A stretch of DNA of 64,000 nucleotides from assembly GCA_946965045.2 (NCBI GenBank), contig OX337234.1, positions 2,418,001-2,482,000 on the forward strand, read 5' to 3'. Below the pieces are notes generated by a model. It was given only the letters and a program-made list of their open reading frames with translations, ran no database searches and was not told the DNA's origin. A program made the translations under genes and the position numbers. The stretch comes from Epithemia pelagica (lineage: Eukaryota; Protista; Bacillariophyta). Shown piece after piece: positions 45,302 through 55,405 of the stretch (position 1 is its first letter; each line of letters starts with the position of its first letter).

Positions 45302-47270
45302 CTCCCTCCTGAAAGAAAATACTTCACGCTTTTACAAAAAAAACGATAATTTCACAAGCGAACGTCCTTTTTCCGTAATTTTTTTTTTGTTAGAAAGCCC
45401 TACTCATTAGCTCTGTTTTGGTGTATAATTTATATGTTCGATTCTTGCGTCGGAACGAGCTACGACCGTTCAAAAGGCGTGATTTTGAGCATCGGTCTTC
45501 AGAGCCCACCGGTTGACACTTCTATGGCGCCTACGAACACGTCCTCTTCAGGGCGGCCCCCCAGGGCACCAAAGTACAAGACCATGCGTGAAACTGATAA
45601 GGTTCGCATCGTTTCAGCGCTCAATTCCATGGTCAACCAAGGCACCTTTGGCCGTGGTTCCATTTCTTCCATGGCTAGAGAGATGGGTTATGACAGGTCG
45701 ACTATAAGTAAACTCTGGAACGGCGCGCGTGTGACACGCGCCACGGGCGTAATTCATTCACCTGAAATTTCAAGAAAGCTTGACAGGCGTGGGCGAAGGC
45801 CTAAATTGTCTCCTTCTACGATTAGAGTAAAGGTAAAAGCCCTTCCGTTGAACGCACGGAACACAAGGCAAAACCTCTCCTTCGCGTTGCGAGTTTCACA
45901 CACCACTGTGAACTCGTGGGTGAAGAAAGGGATCCTTCGCACTCACAGGAACATGTTGAAACCGACGCTAACTGAACAGAACAAGCTCTCCAGGCTCTTG
46001 ATGGCAACATCATTTGTCAAGGAGAAGGACAACAAGCCAGGTGAGTATGAGTACGAGGATATGCTGGACCTTGTGCACATTGATGAAAAATGGTTTTACC
46101 TGTCACAAGATGGAAAGAGATTTGTGCTTGCAGACGACGAGGAAAATCCACATCGTACTGTGAAACATAAGAGCCACATCACCAAGGTGATGTTTCTGTG
46201 TGCTGTTGCAAGGCCCAGGTTCATCCCCCACCTGAACAAGTGGTGGGATGGCAAGATTGGCATCTGGCCCATTGGTGAGTGGGTTCCTGCCAAAAGGGAT
46301 TCTGCTAATCGCCCGAAAGGTACTCCGGTGTGGAAAAATACCAGTATTACCAGGGATGTGTACCGGTCCCTATTGGTGGAGACGGTATTGCCTGGAATCA
46401 TGGAGCGGTGGCCAGTGGAAGACAGAAAAGAAAGGGTGATAAGAATTCAGCAGGATGGTGCCAAGTCTCACATTTCAGAACGTGACCCTGAGTTCCTTGA
46501 ATTCCTAAAGGATCTCAAGAATGATGGACAGTTGGATGCAACACTCTACACCCAGTCTCCCAATAGTCCAGATACAAACATCTGTGACTTGGGGTTTTTC
46601 AGGGCCATTCAGAGTGCAAGTCTGATTGTTGGATCAAATGAAAAGGCTTTGATTGATGCCGTGACCAAGGCCTTCAATGAGTATCCCAAAGAAAAGCTGA
46701 ACAGGACCTGGCTAACCCTACAGTCATGCTTCAACATGATCATTGAGGAAGATGGTGGAAATGACTACAAGATCCCCCACATGAATAAGGAGGGTCTTGA
46801 ACGGATTGGTCAACTTCCCACGGTGTTGGATGTCACCGAGGCCTTCACAGCAAACAACAATCTGCATCTACTGGAATAGAAAAACCTAAAGCTAAATGAA
46901 TACCTGGCCAACCTCCACTTGATCCAGGAGGTGGCCAGGGGCTACGGCCAATGATTGTCCCTATAGGTAAAGGAATAGGAGTTCTTGTTGTTGCTGTGTG
47001 GTTGTTGTTGCGAGTTTCCTTCATGTGTGTTGTTGGAGGGAGACGAGTGAGTTTTTTCCCATCACTAATCGCCAGGTTGTAGCTGTGGAACCAATGGATC
47101 TGGCAAGTGGCACGTGTCATTGGTTTATGTTCATCTACGAAATCAGGGTGGAGTTCGACTCCGAATGAGCCAGCCGGCCTCCTGTAGACTTGTACCAGAG
47201 CCTACGTAATCTTTTTATGCGACTAAAAAACACAAAAAAAAAGCGTGAAGTATTTTCTTTCAGGAGGGAG
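45302..47270 (+). mobile_element. Complete Tc1/mariner element (plant-mariner/Stowaway-type CTCCCTCC ends)
   Basis: Perfect 32-bp TIRs ctccctcctgaaagaaaatacttcacgctttt; TA TSD at 45300-1 and 47271-2; intact transposase. Confidence 0.95.
45524..46879 (+). CDS. Mariner transposase, DD43D
   Basis: N-terminal HTH; VHIDEKWFY; KVMFLCAVARPR; KIGIWP; IQQDGAKSH followed by 43 aa to the Asp of SPDTNICDLGFF. Confidence 0.93.
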   Translation: MAPTNTSSSGRPPRAPKYKTMRETDKVRIVSALNSMVNQGTFGRGSISSMAREMGYDRSTISKLWNGARVTRATGVIHSPEISRKLDRRGRRPKLSPSTIRVKVKALPLNARNTRQNLSFALRVSHTTVNSWVKKGILRTHRNMLKPTLTEQNKLSRLLMATSFVKEKDNKPGEYEYEDMLDLVHIDEKWFYLSQDGKRFVLADDEENPHRTVKHKSHITKVMFLCAVARPRFIPHLNKWWDGKIGIWPIGEWVPAKRDSANRPKGTPVWKNTSITRDVYRSLLVETVLPGIMERWPVEDRKERVIRIQQDGAKSHISERDPEFLEFLKDLKNDGQLDATLYTQSPNSPDTNICDLGFFRAIQSASLIVGSNEKALIDAVTKAFNEYPKEKLNRTWLTLQSCFNMIIEEDGGNDYKIPHMNKEGLERIGQLPTVLDVTEAFTANNNLHLLE

Positions 47271-47922
47271 TACTAAATTAACGCGGTGACACCTCGCTTA
47301 ATTTTGAGTAGTACAAGGCCAAATGCAAGGGATAGAAACCATCGAATCGAGGAAGAGATATGGCCGGTGGATGGTCCAAAATTGCACCACAGGGTTCGAG
47401 GCGCCAAAGGTACAGGCATAGTGCAAGGGCAAACATCCCTTGCGAGATTCTCGTTGTCAAATCGCCGTTGAATAGGCCCGATAGACAGTCTCTATCATGG
47501 AGAGGGGTGTGGAGGGAAAACAGGCCAAAATGGCCAAGACGGTCATGTCGCACCATGATCCCATTGAAATTCATAGCGTTTGTGACACAATCCTGGATAC
47601 TGGTCGACCAAGTGCAGCGCATGACGGCAGCAAAATTCACGCATTGTGGCTTGCCTGCTTTGGGAAGGCATGATTGTTGTTGTTGTTGTGGTTGTCCGTG
47701 AATGGGTGCCGCGGCCAACCGATAGTCCAAAAAATCCACCAAGACTCGTTCGGCCGCCACAGTTCCTTGACAATGGCTTCGGCCCCTTGGGATGGCCCGC
47801 GCTGGACGAGACGGCTCGGTGAGGCTCTCGCAAAGCTCGCAGAGGAGCCCCCATACATGCCCAAGATGAGCCCCTCTGCGGGTACAGCTACGGTCCAATG
47901 CTTGATCCTGTATCCTCTTGTC

Positions 47923-49218
47923 TCACTCCTTGTCTTCCCACTCGGCAAAGTGAGGAGGTAGTACTTCATCAATGTCAGTAGTTTTGGGCAGTTTGATTTG
48001 AGCAGTGCACCCGCCCACGAATGGACTGTCGTCCTCAATGCCCTCTCGAAATGCTCCTGAACCATGGCGACCATTGCTGCTATGGGAGAACAGTTCCAAA
48101 TCGCCACCAAATTGCCGCAACATTGTGCGACTAAGAGGAAGTCCAACACCGAGTGATGCCAAGGGTGGACGAACTGCGGCGTAGGTTTGTTGTTCCTTGA
48201 TTCGATCCCATCGTTTCGAGGATGACGATGTTCCCCATCCAAAGAGATCCATGTCATGGGAGTTTTCAGGGTTGGATGTATCTGGCAAGCCCACACCATG
48301 ATCACGCACCCGTAACGTTATCATATCTGAATTTTGCGCAGGATCTTCATGGGCTGTAACCACTAGAGGAGGTGGTAGATCCTCGTCGTCATAGAATTCG
48401 TGACCCATCATTTTGGGTTCATTGAAATGTCGTTGAACTGTGGAGCACATGCCATTTTTGCAAATTTCCACCAAAATGTGTGTGAGCCACGGCCGTACGA
48501 CAGTGGCTGTAAGGTCCTCAGACACATTTAACTTCAAATCTGGTGCTCGTTGGTAATGCGCTTCACAAAGAAAGTGCGCTTCGGTGTAGGCATCGTGAAC
48601 AAGATCCGCCAAGGGATGATTCTCCGAAATGGCGCCAGTGGTTCGTCGTCGCCGTTCTTCCTCGTGGGCCAACAAGGAATAATGATGTGCGAGCAATTGA
48701 ATGCTTAGCCGTCCTTGCAACAAATGGTCCAAATGGTTGGCATTTCGTCGTTTCGTTTCTTCGTCATGCTCGGAATTATTGCGCAGTGCAATGGCAACAT
48801 CCACCAATCGTTCCAAGGATGGCGCATGACGATCCCGTACTTGTTCCAAACATTTACGGACCATGCGCTGATCCGTGTTCGACCACCGTAGCCACACTTG
48901 TTTCCTCCGTTCCAACAATTGTCGACATTGTTCCGCGGTATCCACATGCACGTGATGCAAAAAGTGGAGTTGTCGTTGCACCAGATTTCCACTCGTGGTC
49001 GTGGACGACGACGACAAGGGTTCGGTCTCTTCCATCAAGGTCTCGCATGTCATGGTCTGCAGTTCAAGCCGACTCGTCACTTCTTCCAACATGGTTTGCG
49101 CTGTCATGGAGCTGGGTTCCAACCCTGCCAACTGAGACAAACTCCAACGACGAACGCGACCGCCGGCGATGGAGGACGAAGAGAAGAGAGGTGCTACTGG
49201 ACTGGCCATGGTGTGCAA
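47923..49218 (-). CDS. PDK: Mitochondrial pyruvate/branched-chain alpha-ketoacid dehydrogenase kinase
   Basis: GHKL boxes EICKNGM, VRDHGVG and GVGLPLSR..FGGDL; PDK N-domain LDHLLQGRLSIQLL. Confidence 0.85.
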   Translation of the reverse strand: MHTMASPVAPLFSSSSIAGGRVRRWSLSQLAGLEPSSMTAQTMLEEVTSRLELQTMTCETLMEETEPLSSSSTTTSGNLVQRQLHFLHHVHVDTAEQCRQLLERRKQVWLRWSNTDQRMVRKCLEQVRDRHAPSLERLVDVAIALRNNSEHDEETKRRNANHLDHLLQGRLSIQLLAHHYSLLAHEEERRRRTTGAISENHPLADLVHDAYTEAHFLCEAHYQRAPDLKLNVSEDLTATVVRPWLTHILVEICKNGMCSTVQRHFNEPKMMGHEFYDDEDLPPPLVVTAHEDPAQNSDMITLRVRDHGVGLPDTSNPENSHDMDLFGWGTSSSSKRWDRIKEQQTYAAVRPPLASLGVGLPLSRTMLRQFGGDLELFSHSSNGRHGSGAFREGIEDDSPFVGGCTAQIKLPKTTDIDEVLPPHFAEWEDKE

Positions 49219-49574
49219 TGATTTCGGATAAAGTGCGATTTATGGAATGTGCTTTTGTTCTCGGTTAGAGTCAAAGATGAGAACTGGAAGTAATAACAAT
49301 GACCTGCAAAAGATGCTTACTGTTGCAAAAGGTCGTTTTGTGTCGAGAACGTGATCTCATGGAAGACCCAACAAGAAGAGATGGCGGTGGCAAAACGAGA
49401 AAGACGAATGGATCTTCCCTTTCTCGTCTGTCATGCCCATCCTGAAGAGTAAATCAAATAATGTCATAGTCATAGTATTAATACTTCCCGGTGTCGAGTC
49501 CTTTCAAGGAGGGACCGCCCGGCGCGGAGGGTAGAATGACGAGGAGGGCAATGGTCGAGGAGGGCGCTTTTATA

Positions 49575-50014
49575 CTACAGTAGGAATTTTTTGTAGTAGT
49601 TTCGTGCGAGTCGCGCGGTTTCCCTCCCGTGTGTGACACTTGTGTGACATTTGTGTGACACTTTGTGACATGGCTTCCAGGAATTTCTCACTACCTACAC
49701 AGCTTGATAGGGAGTAAGTTTACTACTTCCCTGTGTCTGGCCGTCCTCTCGCGTCTGTCTGTGGCTCGTCGTGTCCTCCCCGGTTGACGGTCGGTCCTTG
49801 GCAGATGGTGTCGGACTATTTCCACGGGTAAGATTTTGATTCTGCGACCGATTGCTCCGCGCTCGGGCCGGCCAGCTCGGTTCGGATGATGGATGGCGCG
49901 GATGGGGACTGCGACCGCAACGCGCGCCGCCAAGTCATTCGGGCGGGGTCGGGAGGGAAACCGCGCGACTCGCACGAAACTACTTCCCGGTCGTACAAAA
50001 AATTCCTACTGTAG
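49575..50014. mobile_element. MITE (about 440 bp, non-coding) with bipartite TIRs
   Basis: Perfect 21-bp outer TIR (ctacagtaggaattttttgta) and perfect 34-bp inner inverted segment (49596-49629 vs 49950-49983); TA/TATA on both flanks. Confidence 0.88.
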
Positions 50015-50711
50015 TATAAAAATGTGAGACGAACTACCTACTCAGTCTGGTATGGAGTTAGTATTTTACCTATCCCTCGGTATCAGTGTCCACTGCTTAG
50101 CTGTTTTTTGTCTGTGCCACTTCCATAGGTTCCCAAGTGGACACAGACAACAAAATTTTCTTTTTTCCGATTTCCTTGCTAGAAATTCCCTTTACCTGTA
50201 ATTTAACTCCCTAGAATGACATGCTCGCTAGTTTTGACCGTTGAAGCACCACTGACCAACTCGCTAGTTCTTCTCTCACACTCTCCAAAACAACAAGCAC
50301 ACTACACAGTCTGCACAAAGCACAACCAACAACAAAAAACCATTGACCCATCCCTCATCTTTGAACAAGCATAACTCTACATTGGTAAGTCAGATTGGAG
50401 TCTACTCTTGTGCATTAGAACCGTCTCTAACCCCTCTTTACAACGATTGTAGACCGCATTCCGGCGCATTGCTACAGAAAAAGTTGTACTGGATTGAGTG
50501 GAGTGGTACGACTTTTTTGTCTCTTGGGACTGTCAATCTTTGAACAAGTATAACTCTACATTGGTAAGTTGGGTAGTTGTTTGAATGGATGTCACGTATA
50601 TTGCTCCAACTCCTTGCTTACCTCCTTGCTTACATTTTTTGTTGCACATTGTTCTTTCCAGATTAAAAGAAAAGTTTACTCCTGCTCAAGTCTGTTGTGG
50701 TCTTCTTCTAA

Positions 50712-52166
50712 ATGTCTGTTGCCAAAAAAGTTCTTAAGGGTGGCCGATCAGACCCAGCACACTCTATGAGTGTGTGCCATTCCAATGGCAAGGGTCTCAC
50801 CACCTTGTCCGTGGATAGATCTTCTTTCCATTGGGCGGGACTGGCAGAAAAGATGGAATCATGTGGCGACGCAAAAGTTCTCAAGGGTGGCCGATCAGAC
50901 CCAACATGCTCTTCGAGCATGTGTCATACATCAAATGACAAGGGTCTCACCACCTTGTGCTTGGATAGATCTTCTATCCATAGGGCGGGACTGAATTCAT
51001 CGCACACTACAAAGAAGAAAACTGCTTCAAAGTTGATCCGAAACCTTAGCAAGCACAGCTACAAAAAGAACGATTGCTCTATCACCAACATCATACATAC
51101 GTTCAAGTCTAACAAGCCTTCTTCACAACGAACACAAGTTGGAAAGGTTATATTGCATGGATGCTCCAAGGCAAGATCTAAAACTCAGCGACAGCATCGG
51201 AATAAAAAATCAAAGAAGCAGATGGAATTGAAGAATGTTGACAATGCCTCAAGTGAACAAACACTGTCTGAACAAGTTCTTGACAAAAAATGCTGTGTTT
51301 TCAAAGATGACGCATCCGAGTCTTTGTTTGTTTGCAACAATCAAACATCTTCTCAGTTGGACTTCATTTCATTGTCATTGTTTCTAACAACTGATGTGGG
51401 ACAAGGTGGGGCCATGTTTCGTCCACAAAAAGCTGAGCTTCCCGTCTTCCTCAAAACTCCGAGAAACAAGAACCTTACCACCTTTGCTTTCGAAGACAAA
51501 GTCATCAAGGTTCTCGGGAAACTTGAGAGTCAGGTTAAGTTCCAACAGAGAGGCAAAAAACGATTTGTGGCACAAGATTCAAACATATCATCGTATGTAA
51601 CAGTTGGAATGACGGCAAACCGAGGTGGGAAAGGAATTGTTCCATCCAAGTTACATTTGATGAGCAAGAAAGACTTGAAAACGATGGTCAGGTTTGTCAA
51701 GCAGATTGAAGAGGAGTTCTACGCTTGGGCGGACTGGTCCTACATTTTTGGCTTTTCGAATTTCAATAAGATTCAAGACATCCCGACTTTGGGAGTCGAT
51801 GGAAAGACATCTACCTTCTTCAGTGCTATATCCTTCGGACGGAATGTTTTCCTAGCAGCTCACAAAGACCAAGACTATGGGTACTCCGTTGTCGTTGCAA
51901 TGAGTCCTGAAGAATCTGTTCGTGAAAACGAAGAAGTCTTATGCTACTTTGTCTTTCCTGAACTTGGTCACAAAGTTGCTCTTCGAAATCTGGACATCCT
52001 GATTTTCAACCCTCAAGAATACCATTGTGTTTCAAAAAAAGTTGTTGATTCAGACGTCTTTGTTCTTTCCTTGTATATGAAAACGTCAGTTGTGGGGAAA
52101 AACAATAATGATCTGGGCTCGACTCCAATTGAAGAATGTATTCGTGACTACCTCAAACAAGTATAA
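50712..52166 (+). CDS. TET/JBP-like 2OG-Fe(II) dioxygenase with repetitive/basic N-terminus
   Basis: The C-terminal about 200 aa carry an HxD...H triad in DSBH-like spacing: LAAHKDQD (51861), YFVFPELG..V.LRNLDILIFNPQEYH (52023). Start codon uncertain. Confidence 0.6.
   Translation: MSVAKKVLKGGRSDPAHSMSVCHSNGKGLTTLSVDRSSFHWAGLAEKMESCGDAKVLKGGRSDPTCSSSMCHTSNDKGLTTLCLDRSSIHRAGLNSSHTTKKKTASKLIRNLSKHSYKKNDCSITNIIHTFKSNKPSSQRTQVGKVILHGCSKARSKTQRQHRNKKSKKQMELKNVDNASSEQTLSEQVLDKKCCVFKDDASESLFVCNNQTSSQLDFISLSLFLTTDVGQGGAMFRPQKAELPVFLKTPRNKNLTTFAFEDKVIKVLGKLESQVKFQQRGKKRFVAQDSNISSYVTVGMTANRGGKGIVPSKLHLMSKKDLKTMVRFVKQIEEEFYAWADWSYIFGFSNFNKIQDIPTLGVDGKTSTFFSAISFGRNVFLAAHKDQDYGYSVVVAMSPEESVRENEEVLCYFVFPELGHKVALRNLDILIFNPQEYHCVSKKVVDSDVFVLSLYMKTSVVGKNNNDLGSTPIEECIRDYLKQV
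50725..50995. repeat. About 147-150-bp imperfect tandem duplication
   Basis: aagggtggccgatcagaccc at 50736 and 50883; aagggtctcaccaccttgt at 50790 and 50940. Confidence 0.85.
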
Positions 52167-52201
52167 ATGACACACAAAAATTCACGTTTCTAATCACATC
52201 A

Positions 52202-54876
52202 TTATCTGTTTCTGTAGTAAGTTTGTTGATATGAACTTCGAGAATTGTCGAAGTCGATATTGCTTGAAATAAATTGGTCTATTTCATTTGTCGTCCTGTT
52301 GCCCTCAAGTACACGTCTGCGTTTTCTTCCTAATTCACGGGATTGGTTTTGTCGCGCTTCACTTAGAATTGTCATAAGATGTTTCCGAGATGAGCGGCAG
52401 TTGAACAAGGGAAGCATATCCTTGAAAAAGGTTATCAAAGCTGACTGCTTTACCTCGTCGGATAATGGCATTTGAAACTGATACTCATTGCAGTCCACTT
52501 TATCAGAGTCGACGATCTCCTCCTCCATTGTAGTCTCTTGTGTGAAAGGAAACTCAGTGTCATCTATATCTTCTCCTTCCTTTCCTGTACGATCACTTTC
52601 TATTGGCTGATACTGAGTTGGATATTCCGAGACAGTATAGTTCCAGCATAGAGGAACTGGACTGTTTGCAATTTCTAGGATGTCGTCAATAGTATATTCG
52701 GTGCCTGACCAGATATAAGGATAGTCTTCTTCTGTGGAGATGTCTGTTTTCAAACGAAGCCCAATCTGATCCATTTTCTGGAGATCAGCATATGCCTCTG
52801 TAAGGGAGGAAAATCCATCAGAATGGGCATAATAACCATATGCAAGATGCCATCGCACATCGATGTCTGAAGTGTCATATTCTGGTTCAATCGCAAATAG
52901 ATGACGACAAGGGATCCCGTGCCTGTGCATGTAACCACAGGAACACTGTAGATATCCATCATTGTTTACCACTTTCCATGCATTCTTAAACACAGGAGGG
53001 CAAAGTGTGCTCGTTCTAAATTCCGACAAGCCACTTATAGAATTTCGGAAAACGTACCATTGGTTGGGGGCATACCTTGCAACAGTGTATTGGGTTCGTT
53101 GGCGATATTGTTGGATAACCATGTGACGTGCCATGTTTGAAACATCAGATAAAGCCTTGATATTATGCTTTGAATCATGTCGATTGTATAAAGGAACTTC
53201 TGAAAGTTGTCGAGCAAGATTCACTCTTCAATCTTTGGCTGCAAGAGAAGAATGGTTAAGCATTGCGTTGGCTGCCGTAGCCATGCACATGTTTGGTTTC
53301 GCTGAGATGTCTGAATTTTTGCATGAACGATTCATTGCTTCTCCCGAATTGTTCATGTATTCATCAAAACATCGGTGATATGTTTTTCTCCAAAAGGCAG
53401 TAGAGCTTTCCTGTGGAAGTATTTTCTCTATAATCCATCGCTCGATTTCTGTTAATCCCGTCGGTGTGAAAAACGGCTCCAACACCCCACTCTGAATTCG
53501 TTTTAGCAGAAGTCCCTTTGATAACTCATATTGTGTCTCTGTGACGCATGAGCTTCCATCTGACCAACTGTATATCCATCTTTTTATCTCTTTCAAAACT
53601 ATATGTGACGATGCGTCCAAGCAATAATGATTGTTTATTGAACGTTCAAACGTCTTTTGAACAATGTGATACATACATCGGGATCTTCTAACCAATGGTA
53701 GGACTGAGCAACATGCTTCTTCGACTGCATCAAACTCTTGCGCGTCACCATCAGTGACTACTAGGCGAACTCGTTGTAAGTGATCTCTGCCAATCATAGA
53801 TGGGAGACACTTGAGAAAGACCCATCGATAGAATGCACTTGTTTCATTGGGCATAAAAATCCGACAAACAACAAAGGCTTTACCATTTTGGTCTCTGCCA
53901 CACATTAAGAGCAATGGTCTTCCTTCATTGTTTGTCTTGTGCGTAGAATCAACAAAAAGAATCTCTGGAAAACGGAGGAACAGGCGATAAGCTTCCATGT
54001 CAATCCATGCAGCACCAAGTAAAACACGTTTGGAAGAAACGTCAATTTGGAGATCCTGGTTTATCTCCCTTGAGGCATTTGAAGCGTCTGTTAATGCTTC
54101 ATTCGATTCAAGGCCAATGTCTGTTGTCTCTTCTTGAAAGTCGTTACTTGTCTTGTGTGTGGACTCAAGAACATCAACATAAGTCATTCTATCTTCAACG
54201 TCTGTAATTGATAAGTGTCCATTGGTTGGTGGTCGTCCTTTTGAATGGCGATGGAAAGCCCGACCTTCCTTTCGACAAGAAAGAAAACAATAGCGCAATC
54301 TGACATTTGGATCGCTTGCATTCTTCCTCATCCAGTTGATCATCATCGATGCAGTTGAGTGCTCATTGACAGGATTAGACGAATTTTGCAGAAATGAGGG
54401 TACCATTTGAAGGCGTTGCATTGATCCCCTCGATATAAGTTCCTGTTTATGCTCGAGCACAAAGTATCGAACAGATCCAGATCCAATTGAAGCATTACCA
54501 CCACTCTTGATAACAGCTACTGCTGACTCTGATAGATGTCTTGATTTCAGGGAGAGTTCTCCCGGAATGGGTTTCGGATGGTTTGTATGGAATGCATATC
54601 CACACCCTTGTTTCAAATAGATGTATCCATCATGTCCTTCACGAATACCAAAGCGTAAAGACACCTTGCATGTTTCCTCAATGTGCAATGGACGACCACT
54701 GCAGGTTCCCCTTTGAGACGACTTTCCATCAGGACGTTCATTTGATTTATCACGATGATATGTGTAGGACCGTATCCCAAGTTGAATGCCATCTTCATCA
54801 AAATCTTTCGAAGAGTCAATGGGAATACAAAGATCGTTGTCGGTAGCACTTTTGTCAGATGACAGTGCTTTGTTGC
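52202..54876 (-). pseudogene. MULE (Mutator-like) transposase with SWIM zinc finger; one in-frame TGA and 5' end cut by Copia
   Basis: FVDSTHKTN (D1), VVTDGD (D2), CMYH (CxxH), NNSGEAMN (E) and SWIM CSCGYMHRHGIPCRH. In-frame TGA at 53228-30. The frame is broken at 54876 by an LTR. Confidence 0.85.
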
Positions 54877-55367
54877 TGTCAGAGTCACTAGCATACACTG
54901 GGTATACTAATAGCTAAGGGAATACCGCGTAGTCGGGGTGGAGATTGATCAAGTCTCCACACCAACCTAGAAGTCTTTTGCGTTGCAAAAACTCCTGTAT
55001 CGATATTATGATTAAAGCTATAGAGTAAACAAAGTGATCTTGAGTTCCTCATTTTGATTCCTCGCTTTGGTTTCCAGGAATTGATCTGCTATCTTGCAAC
55101 GCACAGCTTGATTCAAATGGACGATAGTTATCTCATTTGTTGTTTGTTGTGTCATAGGTTAGTTAGCAAAACATGAGTGTCGTAGACACAAACAACGAGT
55201 GGCCCGGCGTTCTGTGGCGCCAAAAGCCCATCCTGCGCGTTATGCATGCGCGGATTCCGACATGTAGGCTTATATCATTGGGTCATGCAACACAAACTGC
55301 CAGTCGTGCAAATTCAATATTTCAAAACACAAATACAAATTTGGAAACGCGACTGGTGCTAAAAACA
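54877..55367 (-). repeat. 3' LTR of Copia
   Basis: Direct repeat of 63513-64000; inner boundary lies between 55367 and 55377. Confidence 0.9.
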
Positions 55368-55405
55368 TAAACTGCGACTCTCCCTCTTGGGCTTGGTGTC
55401 ACAGT

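Noticed and set aside
47278-47898. ORFs between the mariner and PDK
   Set aside because: No recognisable motifs and non-ATG or overlapping frames; probably 3' UTR/intergenic.
50030-50220. Left terminus/TIR of the MULE-TET element
   Set aside because: Short inverted motifs (gtgtccact / agtggacac) are present, but the partner end lies outside the window, so no boundary can be supported.
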